Positions 1 through 8,544 of a stretch of 17,498 nucleotides of DNA are shown piece after piece (the stretch's first letter is position 1; each line of letters opens with the position of its first letter). Below the pieces are notes generated by a model that did not search any database, was not told the origin of the DNA, and worked only from the letters and a program-made list of their open reading frames with translations. The stretch spans positions 1 through 17,498 of the forward strand of contig JBBDYA010000129.1 in NCBI GenBank assembly GCA_040902005.1. The letters run 5' to 3'. Position numbers and translations under genes: made by a program. Origin of the DNA: Gemmatimonadaceae bacterium (GTDB lineage Bacteria > Gemmatimonadota > Gemmatimonadetes > Gemmatimonadales > Gemmatimonadaceae).

Positions 1-1
1 C

Positions 2-1399
2 ACCCAGCCCCCATCCACCACTCGCGTCTCCAGCGACCTCGATGCCTGGTTCACCAGGGAGGAGAAGCGCATTCGCGCGGAGCTCGACGAGTTTCTGCGC
101 ATTCCCAGCATCAGCGCGCGATCGGAGCACAACGCGGATACCGCGCGCTGCGCGGAGTGGCTTGCGACGCAGATCCGGAAGCTCGGGATGGACACGTCGG
201 TGCACCCCACACCCGGTCATCCGATCGTGCTCGGCGAATGGCGCAAGGCCGGTACGGACGCGCCCACGGTGCTGGTCTATGGGCACTACGACGTGCAGCC
301 GGTCGAACCGCTCGATCTCTGGACGAGCCCTCCCTTCGAGCCCACCGTCCGGGACGGCAAGCTCTACGCGCGCGGCTCGGTGGACGACAAGGGGCAGCTG
401 TTCATTCACGTGAAGGCGGCGGAAGCGCTGGTGAAGGAGCGCGGCAAGCTACCGGTGAACCTGATCTTCCTCGCGGAAGGTGAGGAGGAGGTGGGCAGCG
501 AGAATCTCGCGGAGTTCATCGAGCGCAACGCGAAGGTGCTGCAGGCGGACGCGGTCGTCATCTCCGATTCCTCCATGTTCGCGCCCGGACAGCCGTCCGT
601 CCTGTCCTCGCTCCGCGGCATCGCGTATTTCCAGATCGACGTCGTGGGGCCCGCGCAGGATCTGCACTCGGGCAGCTACGGCGGAGCCGTCGTGAATCCA
701 GCGATGGCGCTGGCGCGCATCCTCGCGACCATGCACGACGCGCAGGGCCATGTCACGATCGACGGGTTCTACGACAAGGTCCGGGACTGGGGGGACGCGG
801 CGCGCGCAGCCACGCGCGCGCTGCCCTTCGAGGACGCGCACTTTCGGGCAGAAGCCGGTTCACCCGCGCTGGGTGGCGAACACGGGTATTCGACCCTCGA
901 GCGCATCTGGATGCGTCCGACCTGCGAGGTGAACGGACTGCTGAGCGGCTATACCGGGCAGGGCGCCAAGACCGTGCTGCCATCGAAGGCGATGGCGAAG
1001 GTGAGCTGCCGGCTCGTGCCGGATCAGGACCCTCTGGCGATCACGAAGCTGTTCGAGGCGCATGTGGACCGGGTGAAGCCCGCCGGCGTCACCGTAAAGG
1101 TGACTTACATCCACGGTGGACGTCCCTGGCGCGCCGAGCTCCACGGCCCGCTGTACGACGCGGCGCGGCGCGCTCTCACCGCGGCCTTCGGCAGGGAACC
1201 GGTGATCGTGGGCGAGGGGGGATCGATTCCGGTGGTCGGCGACTTCGAGCGCATCCTCAGGACCCCGGTGCTGCTGCTCGGTTTCGGACTGCCCGGGGAG
1301 AACGCGCACGCACCGGACGAGTGGCTTTCCGTCGAGAATTTCACGAAGGGGCTGCGGGCGGTGGCGACGCTCTATGAGGAACTGGGAACTAGTTCCTAG
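2..1399 (+). CDS. M20 family metallopeptidase / dipeptidase (ArgE/DapE-like), 5'-truncated
   Basis: The frame of ORF 188..1399 is open back to position 2 (TQPPSTTRVSSDLDAWFTREEKRIRAELDEFLRIPSISA...), so the true start lies left of the window. M20 motifs GHYDVQP, RGSVDDKG, EGEEE and HAPDE are present. Confidence 0.93.
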   Translation, partial: TQPPSTTRVSSDLDAWFTREEKRIRAELDEFLRIPSISARSEHNADTARCAEWLATQIRKLGMDTSVHPTPGHPIVLGEWRKAGTDAPTVLVYGHYDVQPVEPLDLWTSPPFEPTVRDGKLYARGSVDDKGQLFIHVKAAEALVKERGKLPVNLIFLAEGEEEVGSENLAEFIERNAKVLQADAVVISDSSMFAPGQPSVLSSLRGIAYFQIDVVGPAQDLHSGSYGGAVVNPAMALARILATMHDAQGHVTIDGFYDKVRDWGDAARAATRALPFEDAHFRAEAGSPALGGEHGYSTLERIWMRPTCEVNGLLSGYTGQGAKTVLPSKAMAKVSCRLVPDQDPLAITKLFEAHVDRVKPAGVTVKVTYIHGGRPWRAELHGPLYDAARRALTAAFGREPVIVGEGGSIPVVGDFERILRTPVLLLGFGLPGENAHAPDEWLSVENFTKGLRAVATLYEELGTSS

Positions 1400-1437
1400 T
1401 TCCTAGTTCCTAGTTCCTAGTTCCTAGTTCCTAGTTC
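1389..1437. repeat. Perfect tandem heptamer (CTAGTTC)x7 between convergent genes
   Basis: Seven exact copies at 1389-1437. The array begins inside the palindrome GGAACTAGTTCC (1385-1396) and includes the peptidase stop codon at 1397-1399. Confidence 0.97.
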
Positions 1438-1441
1438 CTGT

Positions 1442-4400
1442 CTAGAACCGCCACTCCCGAATGATGAACAGCCCGAACGACGTCGTCGGGTCAACCCGCT
1501 GGATGGTGAGTGTGGGCGGACGCAGCAGGAATCTCGGCGCCACCGACCCCTCGTAGCGCCAGCCGCTGGGCGTGCGGTATTCAGCACGGAGTCCCGGGTA
1601 CTTCTGCGCCTGAAGCGCCATGAAGAAGTAGGGACTCAGGTACTTTCCGGCCTCGATACGCGTGCTCTGGAAGAAGTCGAACACGCTCTGGCCCCCGAAC
1701 TCCGTCGGCACGTCTGCCGGCGTGATGTTGAACACGTCGGCGCCCAGCCCCTTCGTGGCCTCGCCCTCCACCTCGTCGGCCATGACGCCGAGCGCGACGG
1801 CGGCCATCCGTTTCATCGCGAGCGCCGCACCGGCGCCCACCAGGTTGCCGGTGGCCGTGGCGCCGGTGAGGCCGGACCCCTCGAGGTGCAGCAGCGAGGT
1901 GGTGCTCTGTCCGAAGGCGAGATAGCTCAGCAGGTCGGACTGCGAGATCGGCGGCTGGGCGTCACTCTCCAGCGTGAGCTTTGGCTTCAGGAGCGTGCCC
2001 CCGATCAGGACGCGCACGTTGAACGCCGGCCGGCCGGCGAGCGCCACCTCGTACTCCCCGGTTGCCTGAATCGTGGGGTTCATGTCCGGATTGCCCACGA
2101 ACGCTGCCGACCCGCGCTTGATCGCGAAGCGCTTGCTGAGAAAGGTGTACTCGCCGCGGTCGGTAGACACCACGCCCGTGATGGCGAGTGCGTCGGCCTG
2201 GCGACTCAGCCGCAGCGGTTCCTCCGTGAACATCTCGATGTTGGCGTCGCGCGACCGCAGCCACGTATTTCGGCTCACCACGAGGTCCACATCCACCCGG
2301 AGATACTCCAGCAGCGGTGAGCTGACCGGGAAGAGCTCCCGGTCGGACATCACGCTGGTGTCCATGACGGCGAATATCGCGGGATCATCGGCGGCGATGA
2401 TCTGCTTGCTCGACGGCTCGGGGATGTATGCGACCCCGCTCCGCACGTGCACGCGACCGGAGACGTATGCATCGCGGAAGGGGCCGACAATGCTCACACC
2501 GGCGTCCGCGTCCAATCGGCCGTGATCGTTGTCCAGCACCTCCGCATTGTCGGCGACGAGATGCAGGTCGAACGCCGGCTCCCGCCAGTTGCCGACATAC
2601 AGTCCACCCGTGAGGCGCACCGTGCCCGGCCCCGAATGGCCCGCGAGCGAGTCCACGAACACCGTGTCCCGGGCCATCCTGATGGCCGCGGTGATCCGGT
2701 TCACCTCCATGCCGGTCGGAACGACCCGCAGGGATCCATTGCGCCAGGCCAGCGCGCCCGCCAGCACGGGACGCTTCAGCGTGCCCCGCATGGCGAACCG
2801 TCCCGACGCGACGCCGCCGATTTGCTCCACCAGGTCCGTGAAGGCCGGCACGAGGTCGAGCGGGAGACTATCGCCCCGCACGTCCACGCGCATCGGCAGG
2901 TCCAGCAGTCGCGGGCCCGACACGCCGGCGAACGCGAGATTGATCGGGAGAATCGCGTCCGCGATCGCGGCCGGCGCCGCTGAATCGCGCACTGCTTCCG
3001 CGTGCACCGTGAGGGACGCGTTGGCGTACTGCAGTGTGGCTTGCACGGGCGGGATCACCGACCCGTTGTAGTTGCCCTGCACCAGGCCAACCGCACCGCG
3101 AAACCGGGGAGCGCTCATCGTGCCCTGCAACTCACCGCGCGCCGTGAGTATCCCGGTCAACGGAAAGGCACTCTGCGCGAAGCCGGTGATGTCGGCCACC
3201 TGAAAATTGCGCACGTCCAGCACGAGGTTCGCATTCCCCTCGGTCGGGAGCATGCCATTGAGGTACACGAGGCCGCCGGCGTTGCTCCGCAACTCCACCT
3301 CGTGCAGCTCCACCCCAGCCGGATGACGGTGGATCACTGCCGCGCGCGCCAGTCGCCACACCGTGGTATCCAGCCGAAGGGCGAGGGCCTGCACGCGCAG
3401 TTCCTGCCGCTCTCCAAGGACGAACGTTCCGCGCACGGCATAGTCGCGTTCATCGCCCTGACGCACCGCCAGCTGCACCTCGCCCGTGGGGCTGCGGTAG
3501 CTGAGCCGCCCGGTCAGCGTGTCGAACGCGAACCCCTTCACGCTGATCTGGCTCCCCTCCACGGCAACGGCCAATCGCGAATCGCGCGAACGCGCGTTGG
3601 TCCATGCGTACTCCGCGCGCAGCGCGCGCGCCGCGTTGCCACGCGCGATCACATCGTTCGCGGCCAGCTGGCCGACGGCGTCGAAGGTCCTGATGTTGCC
3701 GCGCAGGGTTCCCGACGCGCGGAGGCTGCCGGACACCGCGCTGCGCGCGAGCGCGCGCGGGGTGTCCACCGGGATTCTGGGCATCGCCCGCCCGGTCGCG
3801 GCGCGCTCCACCGCCGTCTCGCGCGCGATGCGGATCGAGTCCGCGCGCGCGCGGGCGAAGGCGGATGCGACCAACGCCGAGCGCGGACGCACGACGCCTT
3901 CCCGATCGCCGGGAATCCAGCGATCGTAGGCGCCGAGCGATTCGACCACCACACTGTAGCGCAATTCGCCCGACCGGCCCGCGACAAGCCCGAACGTGCC
4001 GGCGGCGTCCACCGCCGTACCGGCGCCGTGCAACGCCAGCCGTTGCACGCGGGCGACCCCGCTCGACAACGCGACCCGCACCACCCCGCTGTCCACCCGG
4101 ACGCCGTCCCAGCCGGATGCCGCGATGTCGGCGGCGATCGTCCCCTGCATCGTCGCCAGCTCGAATCCGGAGCCGCGCGCGCTGACCGTCGCATTGAGCC
4201 ACGTACCCGGCGCGCTGGTGGCCACGCTGTTCAGGTCCACCGCTCGCAGGCGCCCGCGCACGTCGTAGCTTCGGCCCGGCTCGGCCAGGTCCAGTCGGCC
4301 CGATGCCTCGATCACACCGCCGTCGCGAAGCGACAGGGTGGTGGCGATGCGCAGGTCGCCCAGCGTGCCGTTCAGTCGAATCGGACCCGATACGCTGCCC

Positions 4401-6082
4401 CGCAACCCCAGGGTAGGCGCGAGCAGCCCCACTTCCGCCAGCGACAGGGTGTGTGCGCGCACGTCCACGTCGAACGCGGTGGCGCCGGCCAGACGGATGC
4501 CGGCGCGCCCGGACACACGGGAGACATTGCCTCGGTCGCGGTGTTCCACGTCTCCCGTCAGTGCCAGCGACGTGGCGGTCGAACCCGTGATCGCGATATT
4601 GCCGATGATGGTGCCGCCGATCGGCCCGAGTGACTCCGACAGATCCGGGCTGAGCGCCTTGAGCAGCGCCACCTGGAGCGGATCCACCCGAAGGCGCAAG
4701 TCACGCATCCGGATGTCGCCGTTGACGTAGCCGACCGCGCCCCGTCCGGACGCTCGGCTCGTGCCCGCGTGCGGATCGTGGAACGCCACGTTGCCGACGA
4801 GCTGCATGGCGTTGCGGCCCCCCACCACGGTCAGCTGTCCATCCAGCGTTCCACGGCGCGGCGACTCGAAGCCGGGCACGAGTTGCTCGACCAGCGTGGT
4901 GTTCACGTTCGAGAAGCGCACGTCGGTGTCGTGAATCGCGAAAGTGTCCGCGAAACTGATCGCGAACGTGCCGCGCAACCGGGCGCCCTGCGTCCGGACG
5001 TCGGCATTCTGCACCACGTACTCCTGCGTGGTGCCACGCCACTCGAGACGGAAATCCAGCGGCCCGCCGCCCTCCGACGGAAACCGTGGGAACACCCACC
5101 GGAAATCCGCCAACGCAACCGGGCGCCCGCGCGCCGCGATGGTCAGGTCGCCCGTCTCGAAGGAGTAATTGCCGTCTCCGCGCAGCAGGGACCCCGGCAT
5201 GCGCACGGCCACGTCGCGCCACCAGAGGGAGTCGTCGTCGAACTGGAGCGCTCCCACCAGGTCGTGGACGTTGGCGGACGGCGTCCGGAAGGGCAGCGCG
5301 ACCATCTGCAGCGACGCGAGTTGTGCAAGCCGGTGCTCGTATCCCGGCTGCGTGATGCGCACCAGGGGCGCGCGCGCGGTCAGGTCGCGCAGCTCGACGA
5401 CTTTCTGAAAGCCGTTCGCGACGGGCACCACCATGATCCGCTTCTCCCCGGCCAGTGCCTGCCGGATCGAGCTGTCCTGCGATGCGGGGGACAGGCTGGT
5501 GTCCGGCGTCCACGGCGTGCGAACGATCAGGCGGCCGTCCAGCACCGTCACGTTGTGGAACACGATCCAGTCGAATCCACGGTCGCGCACGTCAGCAGGC
5601 TGCGTGCTGTCCGACGGCGGAAAAATCCGCTCGTAGTTCCACTTGCCGCCCGGCAAACGATCCAGCACGACGATGGGGCGCACGAGCCGCACGCTGCGCA
5701 TGTCGATCTTGCGGGCCAGCAGCTGGAGGATGCTGTACCGCGCGCTCACCTGTTCCGCGGCCAGCAACGGCTGGCCCGCGCTGTCGCGAATGGCAAATGC
5801 GTCGATCGATGCGCCGGTGAGCAGATTGCCGCGTAGCCGCCCGATGGTGACCTGTCCGTTGACGATGTTCTCGAGCTGCGACACCGCGAACCGGCGTACC
5901 CGCTCGCGTCCCCAGTCGGTTGACGTGAGCACGAGCGTGGCCGTGAAAGCGAACGCGATCAGGACCGCGAGGGCCACCGCTGTCCATTGCAGCACCCGGA
6001 TCGCGCGTGGCCGTTCGGCGGGCATGGGAGGGGCCCCCGCGCCGACTGGAGCGACCGGCTGATCGCGCAGCTCGTCCGGCAT
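1442..6082 (-). CDS. tamB: Translocation and assembly module TamB (AsmA-like, C-terminal DUF490), ~1546 aa
   Basis: N-terminal TM anchor (WTAVALAVLIAFAFTATLVL), a long beta-rich body and a DUF490-like C-terminus (GEYTFLSKRFAIKRGS...LESDAQPPISQSDLLSYLAFG). It lies directly downstream of an Omp85 gene. Start reassigned from 6427 to the ATG at 6082, which overlaps the upstream stop (TGATG). Confidence 0.88.
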   Translation of the reverse strand: MPDELRDQPVAPVGAGAPPMPAERPRAIRVLQWTAVALAVLIAFAFTATLVLTSTDWGRERVRRFAVSQLENIVNGQVTIGRLRGNLLTGASIDAFAIRDSAGQPLLAAEQVSARYSILQLLARKIDMRSVRLVRPIVVLDRLPGGKWNYERIFPPSDSTQPADVRDRGFDWIVFHNVTVLDGRLIVRTPWTPDTSLSPASQDSSIRQALAGEKRIMVVPVANGFQKVVELRDLTARAPLVRITQPGYEHRLAQLASLQMVALPFRTPSANVHDLVGALQFDDDSLWWRDVAVRMPGSLLRGDGNYSFETGDLTIAARGRPVALADFRWVFPRFPSEGGGPLDFRLEWRGTTQEYVVQNADVRTQGARLRGTFAISFADTFAIHDTDVRFSNVNTTLVEQLVPGFESPRRGTLDGQLTVVGGRNAMQLVGNVAFHDPHAGTSRASGRGAVGYVNGDIRMRDLRLRVDPLQVALLKALSPDLSESLGPIGGTIIGNIAITGSTATSLALTGDVEHRDRGNVSRVSGRAGIRLAGATAFDVDVRAHTLSLAEVGLLAPTLGLRGSVSGPIRLNGTLGDLRIATTLSLRDGGVIEASGRLDLAEPGRSYDVRGRLRAVDLNSVATSAPGTWLNATVSARGSGFELATMQGTIAADIAASGWDGVRVDSGVVRVALSSGVARVQRLALHGAGTAVDAAGTFGLVAGRSGELRYSVVVESLGAYDRWIPGDREGVVRPRSALVASAFARARADSIRIARETAVERAATGRAMPRIPVDTPRALARSAVSGSLRASGTLRGNIRTFDAVGQLAANDVIARGNAARALRAEYAWTNARSRDSRLAVAVEGSQISVKGFAFDTLTGRLSYRSPTGEVQLAVRQGDERDYAVRGTFVLGERQELRVQALALRLDTTVWRLARAAVIHRHPAGVELHEVELRSNAGGLVYLNGMLPTEGNANLVLDVRNFQVADITGFAQSAFPLTGILTARGELQGTMSAPRFRGAVGLVQGNYNGSVIPPVQATLQYANASLTVHAEAVRDSAAPAAIADAILPINLAFAGVSGPRLLDLPMRVDVRGDSLPLDLVPAFTDLVEQIGGVASGRFAMRGTLKRPVLAGALAWRNGSLRVVPTGMEVNRITAAIRMARDTVFVDSLAGHSGPGTVRLTGGLYVGNWREPAFDLHLVADNAEVLDNDHGRLDADAGVSIVGPFRDAYVSGRVHVRSGVAYIPEPSSKQIIAADDPAIFAVMDTSVMSDRELFPVSSPLLEYLRVDVDLVVSRNTWLRSRDANIEMFTEEPLRLSRQADALAITGVVSTDRGEYTFLSKRFAIKRGSAAFVGNPDMNPTIQATGEYEVALAGRPAFNVRVLIGGTLLKPKLTLESDAQPPISQSDLLSYLAFGQSTTSLLHLEGSGLTGATATGNLVGAGAALAMKRMAAVALGVMADEVEGEATKGLGADVFNITPADVPTEFGGQSVFDFFQSTRIEAGKYLSPYFFMALQAQKYPGLRAEYRTPSGWRYEGSVAPRFLLRPPTLTIQRVDPTTSFGLFIIREWRF

Positions 6083-8349
6083 CAGTAGGCCTGACCGATG
6101 CTCAGATGCAGCACCAGCCGGTTGAAGATCGACCAGAATCCGGTGGCCGTACCTCCTGTGGTGTGGCGTCGGGGGTCTTGCAGCGAGACCAGCCTGCGCG
6201 CCCCCGCCCCCCCACCCGTGGAGTCGATGACCGCCGTGAACACCGGAAGCGCCTCGCTGTTGCGCGGGTTGTATCCGACGTCCACGCGGATCGGACCCAC
6301 CGGGGAGGCGTACCGGAATCCCGCCCCCGGCGTGATCGCCGCGGAAAACCTGGCCAGTTGCAGCGTCTCGGAGAGATCCCCGATGGCGCTGCCGCCCACC
6401 ACGGCGCCGTCGAGAAACACCGCCCACGAGGTCTTGCGTCCGATCGGCATGCGGTATTCAACGCTTCCCTCCACCAGCGACGTTCCCCCGACGGGCCGAG
6501 TCGTGAATGCGTCGCTCTGCAATCCGGAGGCGTTTGCGTCGCAATTGGTCAGCACGTCATCGACCACCGGGCCGGCGCACCCGCCGCCATTCGCGTCGGT
6601 CAGTTCCGCCAGCGGAATCGTGAGGATTTTCGGACCGAGCGAGTTCTCGCCATAGCCCCGCACCGATTGCGATCCACCGGCGTAGTAGCGCACGCGGGGA
6701 TGCAGGATGTTCGGGCCGAGCGGCCGCACGAATCCCAGCCGTACGTGCGCCGCCAGCACCTGCGAGCGCGGATCGCGGCTGGGGTACCGGAAATGCGTGT
6801 AGACCGCGGCGTCGGCATACGCGCGGTTGTACCGGTAATCGGACAGGGTGGCGCGCGAGGCATGCTCCAGATCCACGCGCGCGACGTAGCCCTTCGTGGG
6901 TGAGAACGGGATGTCGGACCGGTCGATGGCGGCGCTTAGCTGTAGCGGCGACAGTCTCCGATGCTGTTGCAGCGTGCCGATGGTGGTCGCGTCGCACACA
7001 CCGTAGTTCACGCAGTAGTACACGTCGCTCGCCTCCACCCGCGTGATCTCGAAGCGGTAGGCGGAACTCGCGGTCGCGCGCGGCGCGAGCGTGCGCGTGA
7101 AGGCCAACTGCCCTCCGTATCCGCGGTCCACGTACACGGCGGGCGCCGTGCGACGGTGAGTGAACGCGCTGACCGCGATCGTGTTCTCTGGCCTGGCCAG
7201 GAACGCCGGTTGCCGGAGTGCCATGCTGAGCTGCCACGTGGGCTTGAGGAAATCGTCGGGATCCCCGAACAGGTCGGCCGGCTCCATCCGGCGGAAGATG
7301 CCCCGGCCATTGAGCGATCCCGCGCCCAGGTTCCCGAGCGCCGCCGTAAGGCTGAAGCGGCGCGCGCCGCCGAAGGTGTTGTGGTTCGTGAAGCTGCCGT
7401 CCACCTGGATGAAATCGATGTTGTTGAATCCCCCGGCCAGTCGCGCCTCGCGCATCTTGGTCTCGCGCAGCTCGATGTTCACGTCCTTGACACTGTCCAG
7501 TCGCGGCGGCACGGTGAACTGCGCCAGGCGGAAGAGATTCGACTCGTAGAGGTTGCGCTGGCTCAGCGCGATGTCGGTGTACCGGAAGACATCTCCCGGC
7601 CGCAGCACGAGGGAGTTCTGGATCGTACGGATGCTCACCGCGTCGTTGCCGCGCACCGTGATCGCGCCGATCGTGGTCCGCCAGTTCGGTCGCACGTGCA
7701 GCAGGACCGCGGCGCGCCGCGCCGCCGTGTTCACGGAGATGATCGTGTCCACCTCGGCGTCCGCGTATCCCTTCTCCCACATTTCCAGCTGGAAGTACAG
7801 CCGCATGGTGTCGAGCACCACGAGATTCAGTGGGTCGCCCGCGCGCAGGATGGCCAGCTTCTCCACCCGTTTGGCGTCCATGAGCGTGCTGTCGTACTCC
7901 ACGCGCAGCGCGCTGATCAGCGTGGGCGGGCCCTCGCGGATGTCGAACACCACGCGCACCTGCCCGGCATCGATCCGCACCACCGCCGTATCCAGCGTGG
8001 CCTCCCGATATCCGCGCTTCCAGTAGAAGACGAGGATGCGCAGCACGTCCCGACGGAACTCCTCCCGGTCGAGATACTTCCGGTCAACGAACGTCGGTGA
8101 TTTGCTCACCCAGCAGAACGGCACCATGATCAGGCTGCGGCACTCGCTTTGGCTCGTCCTGATCGAGCGCTCGAGATCGCGCTTGCTGACCTGCTCCACG
8201 CCGCGCAGCTCGAGATCCCTTACCTCGGGTTTCTCGGACTGGTCGCCGCGTTGCGCGTATAGGAACGACGGCGCGGTCGCGAGGACTGCTACAGCGAGAA
8301 GCCGGGCAACCGTACGCGCACACGCGCTCTGGGAAACAGGGCTGTGCAT
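6082..8349 (-). CDS. tamA: Omp85 family outer-membrane protein (TamA/BamA-like) with POTRA domains, 755 aa
   Basis: Signal peptide, POTRA-like segments (FYWKRGYREA, WEKGYADAEV, LYESNLFRLA), barrel lid motif AGGSQSVRGY, SPVGPIRVDVGY and C-terminal SIGQAY. Adjacency to tamB favours TamA over BamA. Confidence 0.85.
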   Translation of the reverse strand: MHSPVSQSACARTVARLLAVAVLATAPSFLYAQRGDQSEKPEVRDLELRGVEQVSKRDLERSIRTSQSECRSLIMVPFCWVSKSPTFVDRKYLDREEFRRDVLRILVFYWKRGYREATLDTAVVRIDAGQVRVVFDIREGPPTLISALRVEYDSTLMDAKRVEKLAILRAGDPLNLVVLDTMRLYFQLEMWEKGYADAEVDTIISVNTAARRAAVLLHVRPNWRTTIGAITVRGNDAVSIRTIQNSLVLRPGDVFRYTDIALSQRNLYESNLFRLAQFTVPPRLDSVKDVNIELRETKMREARLAGGFNNIDFIQVDGSFTNHNTFGGARRFSLTAALGNLGAGSLNGRGIFRRMEPADLFGDPDDFLKPTWQLSMALRQPAFLARPENTIAVSAFTHRRTAPAVYVDRGYGGQLAFTRTLAPRATASSAYRFEITRVEASDVYYCVNYGVCDATTIGTLQQHRRLSPLQLSAAIDRSDIPFSPTKGYVARVDLEHASRATLSDYRYNRAYADAAVYTHFRYPSRDPRSQVLAAHVRLGFVRPLGPNILHPRVRYYAGGSQSVRGYGENSLGPKILTIPLAELTDANGGGCAGPVVDDVLTNCDANASGLQSDAFTTRPVGGTSLVEGSVEYRMPIGRKTSWAVFLDGAVVGGSAIGDLSETLQLARFSAAITPGAGFRYASPVGPIRVDVGYNPRNSEALPVFTAVIDSTGGGAGARRLVSLQDPRRHTTGGTATGFWSIFNRLVLHLSIGQAY

Positions 8350-8387
8350 GGCTCCGCTAAGCTGAGCAATAGCGGTGCCTTCACTAC

Positions 8388-8538
8388 CGGGGAACGCGGA
8401 ACGGGGAACGTGGAAAGGGGAGACTTAAAACGGCGGGAAGAAGGGAGGGGGAAAGGACCGGGAAGCGGGCACATCATTCCCCCTCCCAATCCCCATCCCG
8501 CAGTCTCAGTTTCCCCTTTCCCCGTTCCCGGTTCCCCG
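8388..8538. repeat. Inverted arrays of degenerate GGGGAA(C/A) heptamers between rho and tamA
   Basis: Left arm GGGGAAC GCGGAAC GGGGAAC GTGGAAA GGGGAGA (8389-8423). Right arm TTTCCCC TTTCCCC GTTCCCG GTTCCCC (8510-8537) is in inverted orientation. Confidence 0.8.
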
Positions 8539-8544
8539 AAAGTG

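Noticed and set aside
1389..1437. CRISPR array
   Set aside because: It is a pure 7-bp tandem repeat without spacers, and no cas genes are present.
3002..4633. Long antisense ORFs (543 aa here; also 4769..5836, 6961..8100, 8344..9144, 9208..10041)
   Set aside because: These are shadow frames opposite well-supported genes in high-GC DNA and have no recognisable motifs.
6083..6427. N-terminal extension of the tamB ORF
   Set aside because: It overlaps the tamA 3' end in another frame and reads as R/G-rich shadow sequence. The ATG at 6082 coupled to the tamA stop is more plausible.
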